The translations under genes were made by a program, and so were the position numbers. The notes beneath the pieces were generated by a model, which was given only the letters and a program-made list of their open reading frames with translations, was not told the origin of the DNA and did no database searches. 32,000 bases of DNA, taken from Psychrobacter sp. DM4. GTDB lineage: Bacteria > Pseudomonadota > Gammaproteobacteria > Pseudomonadales > Moraxellaceae. Every line of letters starts with the position of its first letter. Within the stretch, counting starts at the first letter, position 1. Shown here piece by piece: positions 1-9,300 of this stretch. The stretch covers positions 1,410,001 through 1,442,000 of the forward strand of contig NZ_CP195536.1 of NCBI RefSeq assembly GCF_051307035.1. Reading direction: 5' to 3'.

Positions 1-2951
1 ACTTGCTGGAGCTGTTCTTTGGTTAGCAACTCGTTCAGATCATAACTGGCTGGTTTGAATAGTGCAGTCTCAAAACCTGGATGGGTAAATACTGGTCGAC
101 TACTCGCGTTTTTGAAATAACGAATATTGTATTGCAGTAGTAGGATATTAGGCTCAGAAGCCACTTTGTCAGGACGATGACGCCACACTCGACCAGCTAG
201 CTGAATAATAGAGCGCATCGACGAGGGTTCTACGATTGCCCAGTCATAATCATGATCACGGCCTACTTCGGCAACAGGTGTCGCCAACACTACAAAAATA
301 TGTTTTTTGGTAGGGTTAGCCGCTAACGCTTGCTTAATTTCAGGATGATCAGAGAGCGCAATTTTATTGTTGTTACTAGTACTATCACTACGATCTAAAA
401 TACGATCTAGCTTGTTCTCTAGAGTATTTCTTAGCAGTAAATTTTGTTTGGCGTGATAACACACCAGATGGATAATGGTGTCGTCAGGAATATTTATTAG
501 ATCAGCCTTAAATAATTGCATGGCAATGTGATTAATATTATTGACGTTAGCAATTCTGACCAGTCCTATACTTACTTGCGACTCTACATCAGACTGAGTG
601 CATATTTCATGATGATCATCATGCAAGCTGATAGCGCCATCGATTAGTGTTTGTGCTAGCGCATTGTAAAAAGAATTTTCGGTATCCTTGGTATATTTGG
701 CACAAAAAGGCAGAACTTGCGCTTGCCGTCTGACAGGTTGCTTGGTCAAATACAGCGCCCGCTTTTCACAAAACGCATTGTGCTGAGTCTCAAAAGCTGC
801 AATATCATCACATTGCTCAGACATCATGGCTTTGGGCTGCTCATCGAACCAGGCACAAACTACTTTTGGTACTGGCTTATTTTGACTTTGGTTAAACAGT
901 TTGCGTCCCTCCATATAAGCTTCAAACAGTCCCGCTACCAAATCAGGGGTCAAAGTTGCGGAGGACAGTAGAACGCGCGTGCCAAAAATCCCAGCGAGAT
1001 GCACCAAACGCGTGAGCGCTGGCAAGTCCGCTTGGTCAAAATCATCAGGCTCATCTAAGATTAAATCACTACTAAGAAGGCGTAGCATCGGCGCAATGTA
1101 TTTGCCGCCTCGCTTGCATTCGCTCGCTTGAATAATATGATCAACCGTACAGGTTACAACGGGCGCAAATATTAGGTCACGCGCTTTGGCACTAGCGATA
1201 ACAGTACCGAGATTTAACGCCTCAAAGTCTTGATAATCAATGTCGCTGTTTACGATCTCATCTAACAAGTCCTCGCTGGACTCACTACCGAAACTTTCGC
1301 AATCCTCAACAGGTTTATCGTCACCTGTATATTCACCGATAATATTGGCATATTGATTTGATTGACTATCATATGCCATCTCAAACAACTTTCGGTTAGC
1401 GCTACCACCTACCAATATAGCCAGTTGATCGCCTTTTAACTTTAAATCTTTACGAAAGCTTAGACCTGTTTGCAGGGTCAAAATCCGTAAACCTAATGCA
1501 ATGGTAAAACGAGCGCCTTTTTTTGGATCAGCCAAGGCATACATAATACGAGCGTTACCAATCGTCTTACCAGCCCCTGTCGATGCCATATTCACTCCAA
1601 AAAATCCATGTTCTTGGGTGGTCTCTTGTAATGCATAGGCCATCTTAAACGCTTGATTCTGCCATTTAAAACGCTCAACGCCAGTAGGTTTGGCTAGAGG
1701 ATCATGATTTTTTAGAGTTGGCATCTCATTAGCAATAATAGGCAGTGCGCGGCAGAAATGTGCGGTAAAAGCACCCACGCCTAGTAGATGCTCCTCAAGA
1801 GACTGCTTGATAGCCGATTGACCTGCCGTGCGATCAGTGTTGGCTGCTATATGGTCAAACGATCCATTAACTTTCAGACAACGTGCGTCGTCTTGCTTGA
1901 GGCTAGAGTAGTTATGGTCACCCACCATGAGACATAGGCGAGATAAATGCAGTAAAAAAGGGTCGCTAATGGCTTTTTTATTCCTAACCGCTTGCTGACT
2001 AATTTGCATTAAAGTGGGATCATTTAAAGCCTTTTTAGACCAGCGTTTTATGGTTTTTTGCCACACTGTGCTATCAATGACTAAATTCTCGAACCGCCAA
2101 AACTCTTTTAATTGTGCCTGCGTCATACCGCCGTCTTTCTTGGGTAGCAGAGATTTAGGGTTTCTAATCCAATAATCGATTGGCGTAAGTCTTGAATAAA
2201 AGGTATTGAGATCTCTTTTATAACTATCTGTTTTGGTTGGCTGCTGTAAACTTTGAATGGTTTTAGCAGGGTAAAACACCTGTTTGACTGGCGGCAGACG
2301 ATGATGGGTGACAATCAACCAAGCGGTCCACTGGGCAAGTGGTGGCATATCTTCAACCTTTACCGCATCGTGATTTGCATTAGATAATGCCTTTTCTATA
2401 TCATTTGCTTTTAACCAGTCGCCAAGCTGCATAAAACGATTAAGCCAAGCATCATCAGTATCACAACCGGCAATAATGAGTTCAAATAGCTTTAATGATA
2501 TCCACTCATGACGATAGGGGTCGCCTTGCTTAGTGGCTATACGTAACTTTTTTTGAAAGCCAATGGTTGATTTGCCGATGTCATGAAGTAGGGCAGATAG
2601 CGTGGCGATAATCTGAATACTACTGGCGTAAGCCCAATCATTCTCCCATTCAGCATGCACGATATTTCTTTTGGTACGGTTTACAGGAACTACCCCAACC
2701 TCATTAAACCGACGTTTATTACCCACCACCCACACCAGTTCCGTCAGTTGGCGCGTCTTATTACGATGACAGCTCACCGCTGTAGATTTGGTTGCAGATT
2801 TACGCAAGAGTTGCTTGACGGTCGTAAGCCCATCTTCTGTAATAGCCGTCTGCCAAACGTTATTGCCAATGCGGTTGGCAAAGGCATCTAAAATTCTACG
2901 GGTGCGCTTAAGTGATTTTTTCTCGCATTGAGAGACAAAGGTGACAATCAT
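1..2951 (-). CDS. cas3: Type I-F Cas2-Cas3 fusion (Cas2/3 nuclease-helicase). The 3' end is cut by the window edge, leaving about 983 codons present.
   Basis: I translated the minus strand by hand from the ATG at 2951 and it stays open to position 1. The N-terminus reads MIVTFVSQCEKKSLKRTRRILDAFANRIGNNVWQTAITEDGL, which is Cas2-like. It is followed by the HD motif LLHDIGKST, the Walker A motif NMASTGAGKT, the DExD-like LDEPDDF and the motif VI-like QLAGRVWRHR. All are colinear with Pseudomonas Cas2/3 as I remember it. The start lies 3 nt after the cas1 stop. The ORF is absent from the supplied track because it has no stop inside the window. Confidence 0.9.
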   Translation of the reverse strand, partial: MIVTFVSQCEKKSLKRTRRILDAFANRIGNNVWQTAITEDGLTTVKQLLRKSATKSTAVSCHRNKTRQLTELVWVVGNKRRFNEVGVVPVNRTKRNIVHAEWENDWAYASSIQIIATLSALLHDIGKSTIGFQKKLRIATKQGDPYRHEWISLKLFELIIAGCDTDDAWLNRFMQLGDWLKANDIEKALSNANHDAVKVEDMPPLAQWTAWLIVTHHRLPPVKQVFYPAKTIQSLQQPTKTDSYKRDLNTFYSRLTPIDYWIRNPKSLLPKKDGGMTQAQLKEFWRFENLVIDSTVWQKTIKRWSKKALNDPTLMQISQQAVRNKKAISDPFLLHLSRLCLMVGDHNYSSLKQDDARCLKVNGSFDHIAANTDRTAGQSAIKQSLEEHLLGVGAFTAHFCRALPIIANEMPTLKNHDPLAKPTGVERFKWQNQAFKMAYALQETTQEHGFFGVNMASTGAGKTIGNARIMYALADPKKGARFTIALGLRILTLQTGLSFRKDLKLKGDQLAILVGGSANRKLFEMAYDSQSNQYANIIGEYTGDDKPVEDCESFGSESSEDLLDEIVNSDIDYQDFEALNLGTVIASAKARDLIFAPVVTCTVDHIIQASECKRGGKYIAPMLRLLSSDLILDEPDDFDQADLPALTRLVHLAGIFGTRVLLSSATLTPDLVAGLFEAYMEGRKLFNQSQNKPVPKVVCAWFDEQPKAMMSEQCDDIAAFETQHNAFCEKRALYLTKQPVRRQAQVLPFCAKYTKDTENSFYNALAQTLIDGAISLHDDHHEICTQSDVESQVSIGLVRIANVNNINHIAMQLFKADLINIPDDTIIHLVCYHAKQNLLLRNTLENKLDRILDRSDSTSNNNKIALSDHPEIKQALAANPTKKHIFVVLATPVAEVGRDHDYDWAIVEPSSMRSIIQLAGRVWRHRPDKVASEPNILLLQYNIRYFKNASSRPVFTHPGFETALFKPASYDLNELLTKEQLQQ

Positions 2952-2954
2952 TTT

Positions 2955-3950
2955 TTACACGCTCCAATCTTTGAACATAGCAATCTGCTTTACCACTTCA
3001 AACTGATAATCTAACGCCTTATGCTTAGTAAACATATTGATGCACTCTTGACGAAACTCCTGCTCGCTCATGTTTTCGCTAGCGCAAATAAAGGCAAGGG
3101 GGAGTACCAGCGCATCTTTGATAATATCAGCGATATCAAACACCAGTGCGCCGCGACGGGTCTTGCCATGCATCACTGCAAAGCCATGAGGAATACCAAG
3201 TGTCCATGCGGTCGTAGCACCAAGACCGTACGCCAGATAGTTACCATGATTAAGAAACCCATTGGCCTTATCGATACCGTCATGCTCACGGGTAAAGCTG
3301 TCATAACCCGTATTTTTGGCAGCTAATTTATATAACTGCTTAGTCAATCTAGCTTCTAGTTGTAATAAGTGCATGACCTCGGTTTGCTTATCGATTTGAC
3401 TAAAGTTATTACTAAGCATTTTTTGTATGGCGTCATTGCTACTATCAAAGCCGTGGCGTTTAAAATCGCTGTCTTTACCCCAGACCGCTTGTAGGTAAGC
3501 AACCCGAGCTATTTGTAATTGTTTGGCAGCGGCAAGACGCTTATCATCATCCCACCACCAGCTCATCCATCCTTGGATATATTCGGTAGGTCGATACTCG
3601 CTCTGAGGGGTCATCCACTCGACAAAGACCTCACGCTCGCTGCCCATAAATAGCGGCATACCGCCACCACCACAAAAGCCCACCAACACGCCAGCTTGCG
3701 AGAGCAAGCGCATGGCCGCTTGAGTGATAGAGGTTCCCGTACCGAGCAAGATAGAGGTCGTGTTAGCAATCGGAATGTTGTAGTACAGATTGGCTTTGTC
3801 ATCTTCGGTAAGATAGAGCACACGTCCATCTTTTTGCATGACGCGACAGTGTGAGAGGTAATAAATATTGGCACGTTTGGAGTGCAAAATGGTCTTAAGA
3901 TCGGAGGATACGAAGCTATTGTCGGTATAGGCGTTGGTAGGTTTTGCCAT
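2955..3950 (-). CDS. cas1: Type I-F Cas1 integrase
   Basis: This is a 331-aa ORF. Long stretches match remembered P. aeruginosa and Yersinia-subtype Cas1: LKTILHSKRANIYYL, NIPIANTTSILLGTGTSITQAAMR, AGVLVGFCGGGG, TPQSEYRPTEY, HGNYLAYGL and HGKTRRGALVFDIADIIKD. Confidence 0.95.
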   Translation of the reverse strand: MAKPTNAYTDNSFVSSDLKTILHSKRANIYYLSHCRVMQKDGRVLYLTEDDKANLYYNIPIANTTSILLGTGTSITQAAMRLLSQAGVLVGFCGGGGMPLFMGSEREVFVEWMTPQSEYRPTEYIQGWMSWWWDDDKRLAAAKQLQIARVAYLQAVWGKDSDFKRHGFDSSNDAIQKMLSNNFSQIDKQTEVMHLLQLEARLTKQLYKLAAKNTGYDSFTREHDGIDKANGFLNHGNYLAYGLGATTAWTLGIPHGFAVMHGKTRRGALVFDIADIIKDALVLPLAFICASENMSEQEFRQECINMFTKHKALDYQFEVVKQIAMFKDWSV

Positions 3951-4129
3951 AGTAGTTCCGTCTATTTAGAGTGTCGTAGAATGTAAGTACGAATTTGCTT
4001 TAACGGAACTTTGTTCGTAAAACAATTAATAAAATCTATAATACGACAGTAGGTGTCGTTAACTAACTTTAGATAAAGTAAATATAGAATCATATTGATA
4101 GGAGAAGGCAAGTACGAAAGAGAATGTAA

Positions 4130-4321
4130 CCGGCAATGGTTGGACAGTAGTGTGAATGGCTGGGAACACGAACTCACTTCTTCAAAAGTACCTTTTGCCT
4201 CAGTCACTCTACAGGCGTCTAATACGTCGATAGGCTTGAGGTGGTTAATAGGCATAGTACCTATATACTCATTAAGATAACTTGCATAACGCCTGTTGTT
4301 CCTATGGTTTGCATCCGTCAA
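4130..4321 (-). pseudogene. Remnant of a P4-type tyrosine integrase. Only the internal N-terminal-domain segment is recognisable.
   Basis: The first ~45 aa of the 119-aa track ORF read DANHRNNRRYASYLNEYIGTMPINHLKPIDVLDACRVTEAKGTFEE. They follow the pattern of the arm/SAM-like region of P4-family integrases (..W..sLe.yv.P.iG..pi.eI.p.DvL.vlr.iEarGa.Et). The rest of the ORF is low-quality sequence with no catalytic domain. It has the same orientation as the adjacent tRNA and lies just downstream of it. The boundaries are approximate. Confidence 0.4.
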
Positions 4322-4444
4322 GGTACAGGGTTTGTCAGCTGGCTTACATGAGCTGACTTATATGTTATTTAGAGGCTTTACGATTTTTGCTATTTTCACA
4401 GTATGCAACAGTTATTTAAAGTACATCAAAGTAAAGTATAGGCA

Positions 4445-4478
4445 ATAAAAAAACCCTATAAGCTATGCTAATAGGGCG
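4445..4478 (-). terminator. Rho-independent terminator downstream of tRNA-Arg
   Basis: On the minus strand the sequence is GCCCTATtagcatagctTATAGGG followed by TTTTTTTT. The outer stem CCCTAT/ATAGGG has 6 bp and an inner AGC/GCT adds 3 bp. It lies 27 nt after the tRNA 3' end. Confidence 0.55.
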
Positions 4479-4504
4479 TTATAGATATATAAGGGTGTAT
4501 GATA

Positions 4505-4580
4505 TGGTGCGCCCACCAAGACTCGAACTCGGATCGATCGCTTAGGAGGCAACTGCTCTATCCTGTTGAGCTATAGGCGC
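4505..4580 (-). tRNA. tRNA-Arg, anticodon CCT, with encoded CCA end
   Basis: The minus strand reads GCGCCTATAGCTCAACAGGATAGAGCAGTTGCCTCCTAAGCGATCGATCCGAGTTCGAGTCTTGGTGGGCGCACCA. It folds as a 7-bp acceptor stem (GCGCCTA/TGGGCGC), a D arm, an anticodon loop CTCCTAA (anticodon CCT) and a T arm with the TTCGAGT loop, ending in CCA. I folded the cloverleaf by eye. Confidence 0.9.
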
Positions 4581-4652
4581 ATTATAAACATTTGAGGTAT
4601 GATATTGTAAAACATATCAGTAAAAAAGCAACAAGCTAAAGGTATAAATGGT

Positions 4653-5447
4653 CTATTGACTATTTTGTAAGATATCAGTGACGTCTACATCCTCTATGAC
4701 CTCGCTAGTAGAATCATTAAATATCTCATCCATAGTATTTTGATAACCGTCAATACCGTCGTAGTTGTAGGTCTTTAATATGTCTTGTCCAACGCTTGAG
4801 AGCATGAAATTACGCAAGCTTATTGCCGCTGGACTCTCAGTCAAGATGACGCCATCGACCGTTTGTGAGCCTTTTAGTGCATAGTTAAATGAGGCAAGGG
4901 TACGGGCTTCGTTGTTATCGATTTGCGTGGTGCCTTCTTGTTTTACATTATCGATGCTTACCTGATTTTTATTAAGCTTAGCTTGAGCATCATAGATGAG
5001 CGTTTGCAAGTCTGATAGACGCGCATCATCGAGATTACTATTAGCGATGATGATATCGATAGTTGCTTTTAGCGGTTGAGGCAAGTCTGAGCTTTTACTT
5101 TGCTTAACATCGATAGTGGGTAACAAGAGCAGCTGCTCCGCTGGCACGTAGCGAACGGCGACTTTTACGCTTGGATGCCGCGCCTCAAACCGAGCCAAAA
5201 TATCATCAAGTGGTGCCTGTAGCTTGTCCTCAGCTTGGATGTATAAAATACTAGTAGTGACATCGTTACTAGTACCGAGACCTTGTTGCTCATTGGTAGT
5301 CGCGCTAATTATCGTACTATCACTAACCATGACGGGTAGGGGGTCCATATTTTTACGATTGCTCAACCAAAGCCAACTACATAGAGCGATAATTACAAGT
5401 AGGAGTAGTAACGCAAGAGCTAGCAGTACGCGTTTGTAATCTTTCAT
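4653..5447 (-). CDS. Membrane-anchored protein with a periplasmic-binding-protein-like (ModA/PBP2-like) domain; function unknown
   Basis: This is a 264-aa ORF. It has an N-terminal hydrophobic anchor (VLLALALLLLLVIIALCSWLWL). LYIQAEDKLQAPLDDILARFEARHPSVKVAVRYVPAEQLL and the C-terminal ...VDGVILTESPAAISLRNFMLSSVGQDILKTYNY resemble the start and end of molybdate/sulfate-type solute-binding proteins. The assignment comes from pattern memory only. Confidence 0.55.
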   Translation of the reverse strand: MKDYKRVLLALALLLLLVIIALCSWLWLSNRKNMDPLPVMVSDSTIISATTNEQQGLGTSNDVTTSILYIQAEDKLQAPLDDILARFEARHPSVKVAVRYVPAEQLLLLPTIDVKQSKSSDLPQPLKATIDIIIANSNLDDARLSDLQTLIYDAQAKLNKNQVSIDNVKQEGTTQIDNNEARTLASFNYALKGSQTVDGVILTESPAAISLRNFMLSSVGQDILKTYNYDGIDGYQNTMDEIFNDSTSEVIEDVDVTDILQNSQ

Positions 5448-5530
5448 AGTCAGGACTTATTAAATTGGCGATGTTGGGTTATATAGATAACGGAGCGTTT
5501 TTTTTGAATAAGTCATAAGTATTGAAACGG

Positions 5531-6028
5531 TTACTTCTTAGGGTTCAAGACATCATTGACCAATTCTGCGAGCATAGTATCGAATATATCCCTTTTCGCC
5601 TCTTTTTGTTCTATGGGCGTAGGGGGTACATCAGAATTAATTTGCGCTGAGGATGATAACACAATTGGCTTAGTTGATGAGGAAACCGTTTGGTGCACAG
5701 CAAGCGGGGACTGATTATTATCTACCAAATCTTTTATCCAGTAGTAGCCTTGCGTCTGCCACCATGACTCAAAGCGCGCAAGCGTACTACCACGTACTGA
5801 CTTTGGTAGGTTAAGTGTACGCAGCTTAGACGCTAGCACTGGATCTAATATAACTTGCTTTTGACTCAGATACAGCTCATCAGCATCCCCATCATACCGC
5901 TTGCGACGTTGCCAGGCGGCCTCATCGATTTTCATACGCGGTAATTGCCATAGTACGCCGCGGTAGTAGACGACGTACAAGCGTCTTTTTGGATTGACAA
6001 ATAGTGCATCTATAGGACGTAGCGGCAT
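5531..6028 (-). CDS. Hypothetical protein, no recognisable domain
   Basis: The ORF is open from the TTG at 6043. I prefer the ATG at 6028 (MPLRPIDAL...) because AAGGTG lies 6 nt upstream. It is basic and Trp-rich, with no motif I can name. Confidence 0.55.
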   Translation of the reverse strand: MPLRPIDALFVNPKRRLYVVYYRGVLWQLPRMKIDEAAWQRRKRYDGDADELYLSQKQVILDPVLASKLRTLNLPKSVRGSTLARFESWWQTQGYYWIKDLVDNNQSPLAVHQTVSSSTKPIVLSSSAQINSDVPPTPIEQKEAKRDIFDTMLAELVNDVLNPKK

Positions 6029-6315
6029 AACTTGCACCTTCAATTATTAACCATACTCAAAATATCTCTACGACGTCAGTTGTCGTGAGCATCGAATCAT
6101 CGATGCTAGATACTGGTAAAATGCATCTATCGGTGGCACACTAAGACGCTTTGCACCACATGCTGTAAACGAAAAATTATAGATATTTTATCAGAAAATA
6201 AAATTTAGGTACGCCTACTACTCATAAATAAAGCTCAGTATCAAACCTTTATGATGCTATATTTTGCAAATTAGCATTGACTCCTCTTTACTTTATAAAA
6301 ATTAGACCCGCATCT

Positions 6316-9300
6316 ATGTTTACCATTATTCAGTCCCATTTGACCGAACGCCTAGTTGAGCAGTTATTGACGGCTTATCAGTCCAAGAACCAAGGTATCT
6401 TTGATGAGTTTATCGTCATAGTGCCCTCCATGGTGCTCGGCGATTGGCTAGATAAATCTATTGCTAGTCAGGCCGGTATCAGCACTTTGGTCACCACCAC
6501 GTTTTGGGGTCAGTATCAATGGACATTGATGCAAAAGGTGCTGTCCGCGCATAATGAGTGGCTGGAGGCCAATGAGCGCTCTCATGACACTTTATCGGTG
6601 CCTGAGGTCGCGGTGCTCACAGGATCAGTGATGCAATGGCGTTTGTTTGGCTACTTTACCTATTATCAGGCGCAGATAATCGCTGATGATACTCATCCTT
6701 TGCATCCGCTATTATCAGCGCTGCTCGATGACAAGGCAGATCGCAGTCAGCAAGACATACGGCTATGGTCTTTGGCCACGGATTTTGCAAGAGTATTTAG
6801 CCGCTACCTCACGCACCGTGAAGACTGGCTGACGCTATGGTCACAGGGTAAGCCTGTCGATGCTGAGGCGCTCATAAAAGACAAAGATGAGCTATCCAAA
6901 AAGTTCGATGAGCACGCTGGCATGACACCTGAATGGCTGGTTGCGCATTACGTAGAGCTTGAGAGTGCTCAGCGGCATTTGTGGCGCTTACTATTTGCGT
7001 CGGTCTACGAGCACCGGCAAGCGATTGAGAAACGGTTTTGGCAGATCATGAGAAGTGCCAAAGAAGGCACGGGTATAGAGACAGGGGTAGATACAACGTC
7101 GATGCTACCCACGCAATTGCACATCTTTACTTTGCAACAATTACCACAAAATGAGCTGACTTTTTTGCAAAAGTTATCTACTTATTTTGATATTACCTTA
7201 TTACATTACAATCCATCAAAGCTATTTTGGGCCGATATCGTCGATAAGCAGTGGTTACAGCGCCAACAAGTGATTAACCCAAAAAGTGTGTTTTTGCGTG
7301 ATCATGGTCATACGCTATTATCGCGTCTAGGTAAGCAGTCGCGTGAGACTTTTGCGATGCTAGCAGAGCTTGACAGTAATGATAACAAAGACGGCTTTTT
7401 ACTCGATTGGCAAGATAAGTTTGATGAGCCCGTCTATAGTAGTAATTCATCATCACCGACAAGCTTGCTCGCTAATTTACAACAAGACATCTTGATGCTT
7501 GATGAGAGTGCGACTCAGCAAACCACTGCTGGGCGTTTGAGTGCAGCGCTCGGCGCGCAAATGCAGCTTGATTTAGCGGACGATAGCGCCAAAAGTGAGA
7601 GCACAACAAAAAGAAAAAATAGCCTAAGCAGTGATAGCCTAAGCAATAATAACTCAGACTTACAGTCAGGAGGTTCTTTATTCAGCGATGATAGTTTACA
7701 GGGCAAACGCTACGAGCAAGCGCGCCAATGGCAACTGTCACAGTATGATAATAGCTTGAGTATTCACTCTTGCCATAGCTTGCAGCGTCAGCTTGAGGTG
7801 CTACGCGGCATGATTGGGCGCTGGCTCAATGAGCCAAGCGATGAGGGTAGCGCGCGCCACGTCTCTGATATTGTGGTTTTGCTCCCTGATGTCGAGCGTC
7901 ATCATGAGCTGATCAATTCGATATTCGTGAATGGCGAAGGGCAGGACGGTTTAACGCTACCTGCCAAGGTAACGGGGGTAGTGGACAAGTCGATTCGTCA
8001 GTTATGGGAGGCGATACGCGGATTTTATAGTTTGCTCGGTAGTGACAGCGCACGTTTTGAGGCGGCAGAGGTCTTTGATTGGCTTATGCTACCGCCACTA
8101 TATGAGAGCCTCGGTCTTACTCATGAGCAGATGAGCCGCGCTTGTGATTTACTGGCGCAGGCAGGGTTTGTACGCGGGTTTGATGAGGCGCATTTTCAGC
8201 AGACGTTAGATGCCTCTGACTATGATTACCGCTTTAGCTTTGCCTATGCACTCGATCAGATAGCATTGGGCTTAGTCATGCCAGAGGCGAAGATTAGTGG
8301 CTGTCTGTATCCTGATAATTGGCTAGATAATGCCTTGGCTGAAAAGACTATTCCTATCGCCTCTATTAGTTTATCGGACGCTCCCATCGTTCAGGCACTG
8401 TGCCGTGTGTATGCAGGCTTGGATGCTTGCCGCTACGAGTACCAAGCTCGTCATAAGGCTGAGGATTGGCTAGCCCTTATTGAAAACAGTATTATACATC
8501 CTTATTTTGGTGACCTTGATCAGACGCGTCCTATGCGAGCTATTTTCAATGCAATGAATGGCTTCAAGAGTAGTTTGCGAGCCAATCGTCACTATCAGCA
8601 GTACCGCGCCGAGCTTACTGAGAGTGAAGATGCTGCTACGATGGTACAAGACGAGAATCAACAGGTTGAGACAAGACTGGCAAAAGTCAGCAATTTAACG
8701 CTCAAGCTTAGCTTTATGCTTGATAGTATTGAAGATGAGCTTGAGAGCCAGCAAGTCAGTGCTGAGCCGACAGGGGTGATCACCTTTGGGCGCTTTGGCG
8801 CATTGCGTAATGTGCCATTTGGTCTAGTTGTTATGCTCAATATGGATTTATCTGAGTTTCCCAATCGTGACAAGGATAATCGCTATGATCTGATGAAGTC
8901 TGGCGTCGCACGCCGTGGTGATCGATTCAGCGAGGATGATGACAACGGCGCATTTTTGGATGCCATGCTATGCGCGCGTAATGCCTGCTGGATATTCTAT
9001 AACGGTCAGCGCCTGACCGATACTCACGAGCATCTGCCTGCCAATCCTGTTAGTGAGCTATTACAGTTCTTGCAAGGGGAGGTGCAATGGCAGTGGGATC
9101 CGCTAGAGCGTGCACATAACGACGCTGGTTTAACAGGGCAAGTACAGCGCTACTTGCCTAAGCTTATTGAGCAATGGCTGGTTACGCGTCATCCCGCACT
9201 ACCGTTTGCGCCAGAGGTTTTTGTAGAGCCGCAGCCCTCAATATCAAATGCGACAGATGAGGATGCCCATATTGCGCTGCTCTCGCAAGCGATGTTCAAA

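Noticed and set aside
717-2891. Track ORFs 717..971 (+), 2123..2314 (-) and 2655..2891 (+)
   Set aside because: All three lie inside the long open cas2/3 reading frame (minus strand, phase of 2951), either on the opposite strand or in a different frame. Their translations have no recognisable features, so they are shadow ORFs.
3021-3874. Track ORFs 3021..3326 (+) and 3611..3874 (-) overlapping cas1
   Set aside because: They are antisense or out of frame relative to a cas1 gene that matches known Cas1 almost end to end. They are Cys/Arg-rich nonsense typical of off-frame translation.
3962-4321. The 119-aa ORF treated as an intact gene
   Set aside because: Only the first ~45 residues resemble anything (the integrase N-terminal domain). 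The remainder is AT-rich filler running into the cas1 start region, and it begins at a TTG. I treat it as a pseudogene fragment.
3951-4504. Possible CRISPR array or leader upstream of cas1
   Set aside because: I looked for 28-bp repeats at ~60-bp periodicity and for the I-F repeat hairpin (CTGCCG...CGGCAG type) and found none. The only structure is a single inverted repeat, GTCAGCT-N10-AGCTGAC at 4334-4357, which occurs once.
4581-4590. A perfect TATAAT immediately abutting the 5' end of tRNA-Arg, considered as its -10 box
   Set aside because: It ends one base before the mature 5' end, so initiation would fall inside the tRNA. A more plausible promoter lies about 25 nt further upstream on the minus strand (TTGCTT, 16 nt, TACAAT). 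I did not annotate it because the evidence is only a consensus match.
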